Below, piece after piece: positions 23,967 to 33,521 of a DNA stretch of 36,529 bases (position 1 is the first letter of the stretch; each line of letters opens with the position of its first letter). The position numbers and the translations under genes were made by a program. The notes beneath the pieces were generated by a model, which worked only from the letters and a program-made list of their open reading frames with translations, made no database searches and was not told the DNA's origin. The DNA is taken from NCBI GenBank assembly GCA_021203815.1, contig JAJQAL010000023.1, positions 3,878-40,406 of the forward strand, read 5' to 3'. The stretch is from Coprobacillus sp. (GTDB lineage Bacteria > Bacillota_I > Bacilli_A > RFN20 > CAG-826).

Positions 23967-25244
23967 ATGGATGAACTTATTAGAAGAAGAAATGAAGTCT
24001 TCAAATTAATGAAAGAAAACTCCGCTTTAGTGCTCCATGCGACGGTCACTAAAGTCTCGAGTGAAGACGAGGAGTTACCCTTTGTCACCAATACCTCGTT
24101 CTATTATCTCACTAATATCAGGCAGGAGAATTCCGTCCTCCTCCTCATTAAAGGGATAGGAGAGGAGCTCACTTATTTATTTGTGGATGAATATAGTGAG
24201 CTTAAAGAGAAGTGGACCGGGCGTAGACTCACTACGAAAGAGGCCCGTGATATCTCTCATATCGAGAATGTCCTCACTTCAAATACCCTTGAAGCCACTC
24301 TCGATAGTGTTCTTAATGGTCACTTTGGAGATATCGGTTCTATTAATACCCTCTATCTCGACCTCACCCCAGAAACTAAAATTGGTACGAAGAAAGATGG
24401 AGAGCCCTACTTCACTAAAGATCTCGCTGCGGATATAAAAGCGGTCTTCCCCTATGTAGCGATTAAAAACGGGAAGGATTTAGTGACCACGGTAAGACTC
24501 GTCAAGAGTGAATATGAAATCGATTTAATTAAGAAAGCCATTGAGGCTACGAATACCGGAATTATGCACCTCCTTTCTAATCTACATGGCGGTCAGTATG
24601 AGTGGGAAGTTTCTGATGACTTTGCCTACTACGGAAGAAAAGATAATAGAAGAGAACTCTCTTTTCCCTCTATTATTGCGGGTGGTGTGAACGCCACCTG
24701 TCTCCATTACCCTCAGCAAAATGATAGGCTTGGAGATAATGACCTCGTTTTATTTGACCTTGGATATCGAGAGGAGAATTACTGCGCGGATATTTCTCGT
24801 ACCTACCCAGTAAACGGGAAGTTTAATGATACGCAGCGTAAAGTCTATGAAGCGGTCCTTAACTGTAATAAAGCGGTGATTGAATACGCGCATGTGGGTC
24901 TATCCTGTAAAGACCTTAATGATTTCACCATCGAATTCCTAAGAAAAGAATGCATCCGTTTAAAGCTTATGGACCCAAGTGATGATATTAGAAAATACTA
25001 TTACCATGGTGTCTCTCACTATCTAGGAATTGACACTCACGATGTGAGTTTTGGAAGAGATAAACCCTTAGAGGTCGGTAATGTTATTACCGTGGAGCCA
25101 GGTCTATACTTCAAAGAGCTCGGTATCGGTGTCCGTATTGAGGATAACGTGGTTATCCGTGATTGGGGCGCGGAAGTCCTTTCTCCTCAGATTAAAAAAG
25201 AGATTAAAGATATCGAAAAACTCATGGCCACTAAAGCGAGGTAA
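23967..25244 (+). CDS. pepP: Xaa-Pro aminopeptidase (aminopeptidase P, M24B)
   Basis: F.YLT, R.VKS.YE, NATCLHY, D.G....Y.ADISRTYP, HGVSHYLG.D.HD, TVEPGLY, GVRIED. Confidence 0.95.
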   Translation: MDELIRRRNEVFKLMKENSALVLHATVTKVSSEDEELPFVTNTSFYYLTNIRQENSVLLLIKGIGEELTYLFVDEYSELKEKWTGRRLTTKEARDISHIENVLTSNTLEATLDSVLNGHFGDIGSINTLYLDLTPETKIGTKKDGEPYFTKDLAADIKAVFPYVAIKNGKDLVTTVRLVKSEYEIDLIKKAIEATNTGIMHLLSNLHGGQYEWEVSDDFAYYGRKDNRRELSFPSIIAGGVNATCLHYPQQNDRLGDNDLVLFDLGYREENYCADISRTYPVNGKFNDTQRKVYEAVLNCNKAVIEYAHVGLSCKDLNDFTIEFLRKECIRLKLMDPSDDIRKYYYHGVSHYLGIDTHDVSFGRDKPLEVGNVITVEPGLYFKELGIGVRIEDNVVIRDWGAEVLSPQIKKEIKDIEKLMATKAR

Positions 25245-25246
25245 AT

Positions 25247-26731
25247 GTGGAGAAATATATCCTCTCTATCGATCAAGGAACAACTTCCTCTAGAGCCATT
25301 CTCTTTGACTCTAAAGGTCATATATTTCAGAGTGCGTATCGAGAAATAAAGAACTATTTCCCTAAGTCTGGATGGGTAGAAATCGACCCACAAGAGCTTT
25401 GGATTTCCGTTATTGAAGTAGTTAACGAAGTCTTAGTCAAGGCAAATATCACTTATTCTAGTATCGACTCTATTGGGATTACTAACCAAAGAGAAACAGT
25501 TGTGGTGTGGGACAAGAAAAGCGGACTCCCAATCTATAACGCGATTAACTGGCAGAGTAGACAGAGCAGCGAAATCTGTGAACGCTACCTCGATAAAAAA
25601 GAGTTTATTCATAAAAAAACCGGTCTTCTTATTAACCCTTATTTCAGTGCCTCTAAAATAAGATTTATTTTAGAAAACGTCGAAGGCGCGGAAAAAAAGG
25701 CCAGAGAGGGGAAACTCTTATGCGGGACGATTGATACCTGGCTTCTTTATAAGATGAGCGAAGGGAAAATCTTTGCCACGGACGTCTCTAACGCTTCTAG
25801 AACGATGCTCTTTAATATCAATACACTAACTTGGGATAATGAGCTTTTAGATTTATTTGGTATACCCGCTTGTATGCTTCCTAAGGTCTGTCCATCCTCT
25901 TTTGACTACGGGACCGCTACTTTCTTTGATAAAAATCTTCATATATGTGGAGTGGCAGGTGATCAGCAGGCCTCCCTATTTGGTCATACCTGCTTTAAAA
26001 AAGGCGACTCAAAAAATACGTATGGAACCGGATGCTTCATGCTCACTAATACTGGAAAATGTCCGGTGTATTCTAAAAACGGGCTATTAACCACAGTGGC
26101 CTGGAAGATAGGGGATGAGGTCACATACGCTTTAGAAGGAAGCGTCTTTATTGGAGGCGCGGTCGTGCAGTGGCTTAAAGATGAGATGAAGATGATTAAA
26201 ACCTCTGATGAAAGCGAAAAGGAAGCTAATTTATGCGAAGACACGAATGGGGTTTATATCGTTCCCGCGTTTGTGGGACTAGGGACTCCGTACTGGGATG
26301 ATAACGTACGGGGAGCGGTATTTGGTCTCACGAGAGGCACAAATAAACATCAATTTGTAAGAGCCGCTCTCGATAGTATTGCCTATCAATGCGCGGACGT
26401 CTATCTCGTGATGCAAAAAGAAACGAAACTCGAAATCCCTGTTTTAAGAGTGGATGGAGGGGCCACGGAGAATAACTATCTCCTCCAGTTTGAGTCCGAT
26501 ATTCTTCATATCTATATTGAAAGAACTTCGTGTAAAGAGATTACCGCTCTTGGAGCGTGCTATCTCGCGGGACTATGTTCAGGCTATTTCTCCTCGATTA
26601 AATCAATCGAGAAGACTCACGAAGTCGAAAAAGTCTTTACGAGCGAGATAAGTGAAGAAGAAGCAAAGAAATATTTAAAGGGCTGGGAGAAAGCCGTTAA
26701 AGCCACCCAAGCATATCGAGTGGATAAATAA
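25247..26731 (+). CDS. glpK: glycerol kinase
   Basis: DQGTTSSRA, IGITNQRET, PYFSASK, TDVSNASRTML, GDQQA, KNTYGTG, VPAFVGLGTPYW, VDGGA; GTG start. Confidence 0.97.
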   Translation: MEKYILSIDQGTTSSRAILFDSKGHIFQSAYREIKNYFPKSGWVEIDPQELWISVIEVVNEVLVKANITYSSIDSIGITNQRETVVVWDKKSGLPIYNAINWQSRQSSEICERYLDKKEFIHKKTGLLINPYFSASKIRFILENVEGAEKKAREGKLLCGTIDTWLLYKMSEGKIFATDVSNASRTMLFNINTLTWDNELLDLFGIPACMLPKVCPSSFDYGTATFFDKNLHICGVAGDQQASLFGHTCFKKGDSKNTYGTGCFMLTNTGKCPVYSKNGLLTTVAWKIGDEVTYALEGSVFIGGAVVQWLKDEMKMIKTSDESEKEANLCEDTNGVYIVPAFVGLGTPYWDDNVRGAVFGLTRGTNKHQFVRAALDSIAYQCADVYLVMQKETKLEIPVLRVDGGATENNYLLQFESDILHIYIERTSCKEITALGACYLAGLCSGYFSSIKSIEKTHEVEKVFTSEISEEEAKKYLKGWEKAVKATQAYRVDK

Positions 26732-26775
26732 TTTATAATTTTAATTTATATTAATATAAATAAAAATTAAAAAAA

Positions 26776-26799
26776 TAGTGCTTTACGTGCTATTTTTTT
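26776..26799 (+). terminator. probable intrinsic terminator after glpK
   Basis: TAGTGC-TTTAC-GTGCTA (two G:U pairs) followed by T7; upstream A tract can extend the stem. Confidence 0.6.
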
Positions 26800-26800
26800 G

Positions 26801-26811
26801 TGTGCTAAAGT
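26801..26811 (+). promoter_or_regulatory. extended -10 (TGTG-c-TAAAGT) 7 nt upstream of addB ATG
   Basis: TRTG motif plus TAAAGT; ATG at 26819, no SD. Confidence 0.5.
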
Positions 26812-26818
26812 GGGTTTT

Positions 26819-29137
26819 ATGAAATCAAAAATCCTCGCTATTGTTCCTAGTAGCGCTCACCGATATCTTTATAAACAATATCGAGTAAAAGATCCCTTTT
26901 TTGATGTGAAAATTGTTTCTAAGGAAGAGCTTTTTCGCTCTTTTTTTAATAAATACGATGCGAGTTATGCCGCCTATCTTATTCATAGTGAAGGCTTAAC
27001 CTATGACTTTGCTAAAGAGATTGTTTCCTACTTTCCTTATCTAGATAAAGTGGAGCTTAAAATTGGAGAGGTAACCCCTAAACTCGCTTATATTATTTCG
27101 CTTAAAGAGAAATGCGAGAAATCAGGTTTAGTTAATCCCGTCGAAAAGCCCTTTTTTCCTGAGCTTATCTATCAGGATAGAGAAATCGCGCTTCACGGTT
27201 ATAGGCCTAATGACTGCTACTTACTTAAGCTCGGACTAAATCTCCCAATGGCGTTAAATATCGAGCCCAAAAGGGAATATGACGTCGACTATTTTACGGA
27301 CGCTGACGATGAGGTTTTATATGTCCTTAACGAAATTTCTTCCCTCATTAGTAGCGGGGTCTCCCCTTCTAATATTTATATAAACTTCGAAAATAAAGAC
27401 TATACCTATTTACTTGTTAAGTACGCGCCAATATTTAATTTAAAAATCAATCATCTCATTTCAAAAGCCCTTAATACCGCCCCAATTTGTCTTAATTTCC
27501 TTAAAAAACTTGAAGAGTGTCGCGACCTTGATCTCGCTCTCGATTACCTTGAAGATGGTTATAGCGATGACCCAAACTACGGAACTATTATCAATTTAAT
27601 TAGTAATAATTCTTATAAATTTCTTTCCATAGATGAGCAGATTTTAATTTTTAGAAAGCTTTTTAGTGAAGAAAATATTCACACTGATACTTATTTAGGA
27701 GCCCTTAATATTACCTCTGGCCCTACCTTTAATCCTGATGACCATATCTTTATTTTAGGTTTTGCCCTTGATTACTATCCAAAAATTAAAAAGGATAACG
27801 CCTATTTAAGCGAAAAAGAAAAAGAAAAGATTGGTTTTTTTGTAGCGGAGGAACTTAATAGAACCGAAAAGGATGATGTTCTTTTCTTCCTTAATTCCCC
27901 CTCTCACATTCACCTTTCTTTCTCTGAATATGTCTTCGCTAATAGGTATTACCCAGTCGATCAGGGATTTATTAGTCAGAATTTTATTAAAAACCATTTT
28001 GTGAGTGAATATTTCTCTCGCGACTACGCCTATATTAATGCCTGTAAAGCTGAAGACCTCCTCTCTAACTATCTTCAAACTAGTGATAATCTAAATTCAC
28101 TCCGCTACTACTGCCCTGAGTTTAAAGATGAAATATACGCTCACTATGATTACTCATATATCGGAGATGAATCGAAAGTAGTGGAAGACAATAAGAGCGT
28201 CTCCCTTTCCTATAGCGGCGCTAGTCTCTACTTAAAATGTCCATTTTCATATTACGTAAAATATATGCTTAATATAAGCGACGAGAGAAATACCTTTAGC
28301 ACTAATATCGGTAGTATTGCGCATGAAGTATATGAAAAATACTATAAACTGAAAGACTCATTTAATTTTGAGACTGTCTTTAATGACGCCATTAATAACT
28401 GTAAAGGCGATTTTACTACTCGTGATTTGATTCTACTTAATTCCAATCTTAAATACCGTATCAGTTTTCTTTTAAGCGTCTTTAAGCAGCATGACAGCGA
28501 AATGGGGAGCGCTTTAACGGCAACGTATGCGGAAAATAAAACCCAAAATGTCAAACTAGACGAAGACGGTCACATCAGTATCAATGGTAAGATTGATAAG
28601 TTTATTGTGACGAATAATCACTATGCTTATATCGTGGACTATAAATCCTATCAGATGAACTTTAAAGAAGATCAGATTAGTAACGGCAAAAGTCTCCAGC
28701 TTCCTACTTATCTTCTTCTTGCGGCCTCTGACCCTAGGCTTTCCTCTTATGATATCGCCGGTGTCTTTTATCAGCGTTATCTTCCTAAAAAGCCATATGG
28801 AGACGACCAGTATTACCTTTTAAGTGGAAAGATTCTTGATGAAGCGGAGGCTCTCTCTTCTTTTGACCCAAATAAATCCGTTCTTAAATACACGAAAAAG
28901 GGAGAAACCGATATGGTGAGTAGTGAGGATTTTAACCGCTACGCTGAAACGGCTAAAAAGACTTATCTCGACGTTGGAAATAAAATTCTCATTAATGACT
29001 TTTCAATTAATCCAACCTTCTTTACTAAAACTAATGTGGCTTGTACCGACTGCCCCTATAAAGATATTTGCTTCCGCTTCTCGAAAGTGAGTAGTGAAGA
29101 GGAAGAAGAGAATGAGGAGGAAAGCGCTGATGAGTGA
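26819..29137 (+). CDS. addB: AddB-like PD-(D/E)XK nuclease subunit with Fe-S cysteine signature
   Basis: 'LSYS....Y.KCPF', 'G...H', 'GKID....IVDYKS', 'LQLPTY', 'CTDCPYKDIC'; directly upstream of addA. ATG 26819 preferred over TTG 26798. Confidence 0.85.
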   Translation: MKSKILAIVPSSAHRYLYKQYRVKDPFFDVKIVSKEELFRSFFNKYDASYAAYLIHSEGLTYDFAKEIVSYFPYLDKVELKIGEVTPKLAYIISLKEKCEKSGLVNPVEKPFFPELIYQDREIALHGYRPNDCYLLKLGLNLPMALNIEPKREYDVDYFTDADDEVLYVLNEISSLISSGVSPSNIYINFENKDYTYLLVKYAPIFNLKINHLISKALNTAPICLNFLKKLEECRDLDLALDYLEDGYSDDPNYGTIINLISNNSYKFLSIDEQILIFRKLFSEENIHTDTYLGALNITSGPTFNPDDHIFILGFALDYYPKIKKDNAYLSEKEKEKIGFFVAEELNRTEKDDVLFFLNSPSHIHLSFSEYVFANRYYPVDQGFISQNFIKNHFVSEYFSRDYAYINACKAEDLLSNYLQTSDNLNSLRYYCPEFKDEIYAHYDYSYIGDESKVVEDNKSVSLSYSGASLYLKCPFSYYVKYMLNISDERNTFSTNIGSIAHEVYEKYYKLKDSFNFETVFNDAINNCKGDFTTRDLILLNSNLKYRISFLLSVFKQHDSEMGSALTATYAENKTQNVKLDEDGHISINGKIDKFIVTNNHYAYIVDYKSYQMNFKEDQISNGKSLQLPTYLLLAASDPRLSSYDIAGVFYQRYLPKKPYGDDQYYLLSGKILDEAEALSSFDPNKSVLKYTKKGETDMVSSEDFNRYAETAKKTYLDVGNKILINDFSINPTFFTKTNVACTDCPYKDICFRFSKVSSEEEEENEEESADE

Positions 29138-32100
29138 TATTAAATTCTCCCCTTCTCAAACTGAAGCGATTAATGGGTATCCTAACACTAATATTTTAGT
29201 GAGCGCTGGCGCGGGAAGTGGAAAGACCACGGTCATGACGGAAAGAATCGTTAAACTTGTCAGTGAAGGCACTCCTATTGACCATTTCCTCGTTTTAACC
29301 TTTACGGATGCCGCCGCTAACTCGATGAAGAGTAAAATTAGGGACGCGATTGCCTCTAGTGGTGACCCTAAAATCCGTGAATCGATAAATAAACTCGACC
29401 AATCTCATATTGAAACCTTTGATGCTTTTGCTCTTTGGCTTGTTAAGAAATACTCCTATCTCGATTCTATTAAACTCGATAAAGATATTTCGATTATCGA
29501 TAAGGGAATCATGGAGATTAAACGAAATGAAATTCTTGATGAAACGATAAGTGAATACCTTGGCTCAGATTCTATAGAAGGCGAAGAGTTTACTGATATT
29601 TACACCACGTATTCCTATAAAGATGATCAAGAGATTAGAAAGACTATTAATGAAATAATAAATCAGGCTCATCTTACCTCTAATAAAGAAGAGTATTACA
29701 CTAAGTGTAATAGTCTATTTAATGAAGACTATATTAGAGAAAAGATAAAAGGAGTCATTAAGGAAACTATCACCGGAGTTAAGCAGTATATAGACTATAT
29801 TAATAGACCAGAGTTAACTATTAATGACGTTCTTCTTGATGACTTAAATTTATATCTTAATAGTCTTCTTTATTTTGACGATGGAAGCGCGAGAAAAACC
29901 TATGACGATTTAGAAAATGCTTTTAATAATATTCCCTACCCCACCTTTAGTAAGAAATATAAATATGACGATGAGTACCTCCACGATACGGATAAGGCTC
30001 TTCACGGCGCGATTAAAGCTTATATAAATGAGTGTAAAGCTCTTTTCTCCTTTAATAGTGAAGAGGAGATTGTCAGAGACTATATGTCGCACCGCTATGA
30101 AACGGAAACGCTCGTTAAGATGGCAAGGGAAGTCGATGATAAACTCACCGAATATAAGAGAAGTCTTAATGTTTTTGAGTTTAGCGATATCTCATTAATG
30201 TCCGCGGAGATTCTTAGGAATAATCTTGATGTCGCAAGTGAACTACGAGACTCTTTTGACTATATCTTTATCGACGAGTATCAAGACACAAACGATATCC
30301 AGGAGTCAGTAATCGAAGCGATTAGTAAGAATAACGTCTATATGGTGGGAGATATCAAGCAGTCGATCTACGCTTTTAGAAATGCGGACTGTGAAATATT
30401 TAATGAGAAGTTTAATGACTATAGGATGCATAAAGGCGGGAAAGAAATCGATATGAACGATAACTATCGAAGCCGAAAAGAGATCGTCGATGGAGTTAAT
30501 CAGATGTTCTCCATTCTTATGAACCCCAAAAGCATCGCCTCTAACTCCTCCCCTATTGACTATATAAACGGCAATCATAATTTTATCTACGCGCGAAAAG
30601 ACTATGAAGATCACGTCTATAAAAAGGAATATGGATTTGTCTTTAACCAGTTCCACTTTGAAAAAAGCGATGATCCCACCGCTCCCGATTCTTTCGAATA
30701 TCAAGCTAATCTCATCGCTGATGATATCATTTCTAGGATTAATAGTGAGGAGCAAATCTACGATAATGGGGAGAAAAGAAACATAAAATATTCCGATTTT
30801 GCAGTCCTTATTCAAGCGAGCACTCACTTTTCTGCGATTCAAAGAGTGTTTAATGAAAGGCATATCCCTCTCGTTATTAAAAAGGATGAGGATTCAATCG
30901 ACTATTCCTTTAAGCAAATTATTAAAAACCTCGTCAAACTTGTCTATTTTGTCTCAATTGATGAGTATGAAAATGACTTTTATCACGCCTATGCCTCTAT
31001 CTACCGCTCCCCAATTGTGAGTATAAAGAATAAGGATGCCCACTTATATGAACTCCTCCATAATAAAGAGCTTATAAAAGAGGACGAACTCTACCTCAAA
31101 ATAAAGAAAATTTCGAGTGAAGTAGAATCCCTTTCACTTTCTGAAATTATGCTCGCTCTTTATAATGATTTTGATTTTTTGGGGACGATTTTCTCCCTCT
31201 CTTCGTACTCTAAAAACGCTCTTTTATTTGATAAATTTCTATCAAATAGCTTAGAAATGGAAAGACTTGGATATACGCTTAAAGAATTTGTGGACTACTA
31301 CGATAACATCGATAAATATAACATCTCAATTGAACTCCCCTCTGACTCAAGTGTAGAAAACGCCGTCATCCTTTCAACCATTCATAAGGCCAAAGGTCTT
31401 GAGTATCATATCTGCTATTTCCCCTTCCTCGATCAAGCGCCAAGGGGAAACACTTTTAGAAGTCCCACTCCAAAACTCATTACCCCCACTAAAAATAATG
31501 GTCTTTTATTTCAGTATAAAAAGGAGAATAAAGAACTCGTTAATTCGTTCCTCCAAATTAAGGATAATAGGGATAGTAAAAGAGATAAATTCTACGAACA
31601 AATTCGTGTTTTATATGTCGCTCTTACTCGAGCGGAGGATGAGAATATCATCTATTTAAGCGATGCGACGAAGACTAATATGTTCCTCGATTCCGCGAAA
31701 AACTTTGGTCAGTTTATTAAGTTCGCGCTCGATAATTATCCGTATAGCTATAATCTACACGGGAATGTTGAGCCTCAAAATCTTAAGCTTGAAGTCAGTG
31801 GTGAGGAGAGTAGTGAAGTTAAACCTATTACTATTTCCTCTATTAATCCAGACTATGAACTAGTTGAACGCACCCACGCTTCTAAAGAAATGAAAGAGGA
31901 AGTTGACCCAGAGGCTCTTAGAAGAGGAACAGAGCTTCACTATATCTTAGAGCATCTCGATTTCGCTCATCCTGACTATTCTGTCTTTAAGGGAGTTAAA
32001 GAAAAAGATATTGACCACATTAAGGAGATGCTAAGTCTCGACATCTTCAAAGATGTCGAAAGTAAAGATGTCCTCCATGAATTTAAGTTCTATGATGAGG

Positions 32101-32318
32101 CAAATGGTCTTACCGGGATTATTGACTGTATGCTCGTTTCCCCCACTAGAATTGATATCATCGATTTTAAGACGAATAATATTGAAGACGAGGCCTATTA
32201 TAACCAGTTAAGAGCATACCGCTCATACATTAAGAGCGTCTCAAGTCTACCTGAAAAAGACATTCATGTGCATTTACTCTCCCTTGCTGGTAAAATTAAT
32301 TTGGATATAAAACTATGA
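29130..32318 (+). CDS. addA: AddA UvrD-type helicase-nuclease
   Basis: VSAGAGSGKT, LTFT.AAA, DEYQDTN, VGDIKQSIY.FR, NYRS, TIHKAKGLEY, LYVALTRA, C-terminal nuclease 'GIID..IIDFKT...QL..Y'; SD GAGGAGG before ATG 29130. Confidence 0.95.
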   Translation: MSDIKFSPSQTEAINGYPNTNILVSAGAGSGKTTVMTERIVKLVSEGTPIDHFLVLTFTDAAANSMKSKIRDAIASSGDPKIRESINKLDQSHIETFDAFALWLVKKYSYLDSIKLDKDISIIDKGIMEIKRNEILDETISEYLGSDSIEGEEFTDIYTTYSYKDDQEIRKTINEIINQAHLTSNKEEYYTKCNSLFNEDYIREKIKGVIKETITGVKQYIDYINRPELTINDVLLDDLNLYLNSLLYFDDGSARKTYDDLENAFNNIPYPTFSKKYKYDDEYLHDTDKALHGAIKAYINECKALFSFNSEEEIVRDYMSHRYETETLVKMAREVDDKLTEYKRSLNVFEFSDISLMSAEILRNNLDVASELRDSFDYIFIDEYQDTNDIQESVIEAISKNNVYMVGDIKQSIYAFRNADCEIFNEKFNDYRMHKGGKEIDMNDNYRSRKEIVDGVNQMFSILMNPKSIASNSSPIDYINGNHNFIYARKDYEDHVYKKEYGFVFNQFHFEKSDDPTAPDSFEYQANLIADDIISRINSEEQIYDNGEKRNIKYSDFAVLIQASTHFSAIQRVFNERHIPLVIKKDEDSIDYSFKQIIKNLVKLVYFVSIDEYENDFYHAYASIYRSPIVSIKNKDAHLYELLHNKELIKEDELYLKIKKISSEVESLSLSEIMLALYNDFDFLGTIFSLSSYSKNALLFDKFLSNSLEMERLGYTLKEFVDYYDNIDKYNISIELPSDSSVENAVILSTIHKAKGLEYHICYFPFLDQAPRGNTFRSPTPKLITPTKNNGLLFQYKKENKELVNSFLQIKDNRDSKRDKFYEQIRVLYVALTRAEDENIIYLSDATKTNMFLDSAKNFGQFIKFALDNYPYSYNLHGNVEPQNLKLEVSGEESSEVKPITISSINPDYELVERTHASKEMKEEVDPEALRRGTELHYILEHLDFAHPDYSVFKGVKEKDIDHIKEMLSLDIFKDVESKDVLHEFKFYDEANGLTGIIDCMLVSPTRIDIIDFKTNNIEDEAYYNQLRAYRSYIKSVSSLPEKDIHVHLLSLAGKINLDIKL

Positions 32319-33475
32319 GAATTATTGAATTATCAAAAAGTCAGTTTCACTCTTTTCTGAAAAGAGCGAAAGTCGTGGGGATTGATGAAGACTACGCTTA
32401 TGATGTCTATCATTTATCCTGCGATATTATAAGAGACGCCACTCAAGCGGATGTTTTCGGTAAATACGAAACTAATAACCCTGTTGATCAGATGTTTTAT
32501 GTCGTTGGGGAAGTTCAGTTTTATTTTAGAAATATCCCCTTAGAGAGAAGAGAAAGCGTTAAAAAAGACGATGATCTAAAGCAAAACTTTGCCATTATGG
32601 TCGCGGATAAATATCTCTCCCTTTCATTTTTTAAATATAGTGAAAAGAGATTTTCTAATAAGTATTTACCTCAAATTTCCACGATTCAGGTCTATCTCAA
32701 TTTCTTTTTAAATACCCTTCAGTCACTTTCAAAAAACAATCCACGTGTCTCTTTAGTGCTCGATATTTTTAATAAAAGTGTGAAACTCGCTTCCACTTCT
32801 ATTTCCCTTCTTGTGGAGGGACATGAAAGTGAAGCATTCTCGGGCTGGAGAACCCTTCATGAGTGTGAGTGTATTCTTCTTATTCTCGATAAGTATGGAG
32901 ACGACGCTGTGGATGCCTATAATAGACATATCTTATATGGACAGGCCTACCGTAACTTCTACGACAAAGAGACCACTGATAAAATCTTCGTCGATATTAA
33001 AAAGCAGATGAAAGACCTCGGTCTAAAGAGTAAAGACATGAAAAAGTGGATTGAATACGGCTGGATTAAGGAAATTAATGCTTTGCCAGATGAAGAAAGA
33101 GAATCCCTCCACCTTAACTTTAGAGATGGAGTGGAGAAACTTTCAGGTCTAGAGGAGTGCTCTAAAGATTACGATTTATCAAGTGAGCTCATTCACTCTA
33201 CGCCCACTCTTATCTATAAAGATGATCTCTTCTTCTACTTTAAGACTTTAACCTGTGTCTATTCGACCTTCTTTAGACTCGAAGAGATGTTCTACCGCCT
33301 CTATCAAAAAAGCGCTACTCCAGAAGCGATAAAAAGCTATGAAGCGATGAGAAAGGTCTATATTCCTATCTTACAGTTCACTCACGAAACCAATATCAAA
33401 GACTTTAATGAGTATAATCAAAATAGAGCGAGGGTGAGAAAAAATAGCCCAAATAAGGGTGAAGAAAGTAAATAA
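32315..33475 (+). CDS. DUF5677-like helical protein
   Basis: RxxxE motif 'WRTLHE' and 'Y.LSSELIHS' His motif as recalled for DUF5677; ATGA overlap with addA. Confidence 0.65.
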   Translation: MRIIELSKSQFHSFLKRAKVVGIDEDYAYDVYHLSCDIIRDATQADVFGKYETNNPVDQMFYVVGEVQFYFRNIPLERRESVKKDDDLKQNFAIMVADKYLSLSFFKYSEKRFSNKYLPQISTIQVYLNFFLNTLQSLSKNNPRVSLVLDIFNKSVKLASTSISLLVEGHESEAFSGWRTLHECECILLILDKYGDDAVDAYNRHILYGQAYRNFYDKETTDKIFVDIKKQMKDLGLKSKDMKKWIEYGWIKEINALPDEERESLHLNFRDGVEKLSGLEECSKDYDLSSELIHSTPTLIYKDDLFFYFKTLTCVYSTFFRLEEMFYRLYQKSATPEAIKSYEAMRKVYIPILQFTHETNIKDFNEYNQNRARVRKNSPNKGEESK

Positions 33476-33501
33476 AAAAGCTAGGAATTGCCTAGCTTTT
33501 T
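33475..33501. terminator. bidirectional intrinsic terminator between convergent genes
   Basis: AAAAAGCTAGG-AATTG-CCTAGCTTTTT. Confidence 0.88.
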
Positions 33502-33521
33502 ATTTTATGATGCCTATTTTA

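Noticed and set aside
25245-25349. Out-of-frame ATG overlapping the glpK GTG start, giving a 34-aa ORF
   Set aside because: Too close to the GAGGT SD to be favoured and no motif in the peptide; likely chance.
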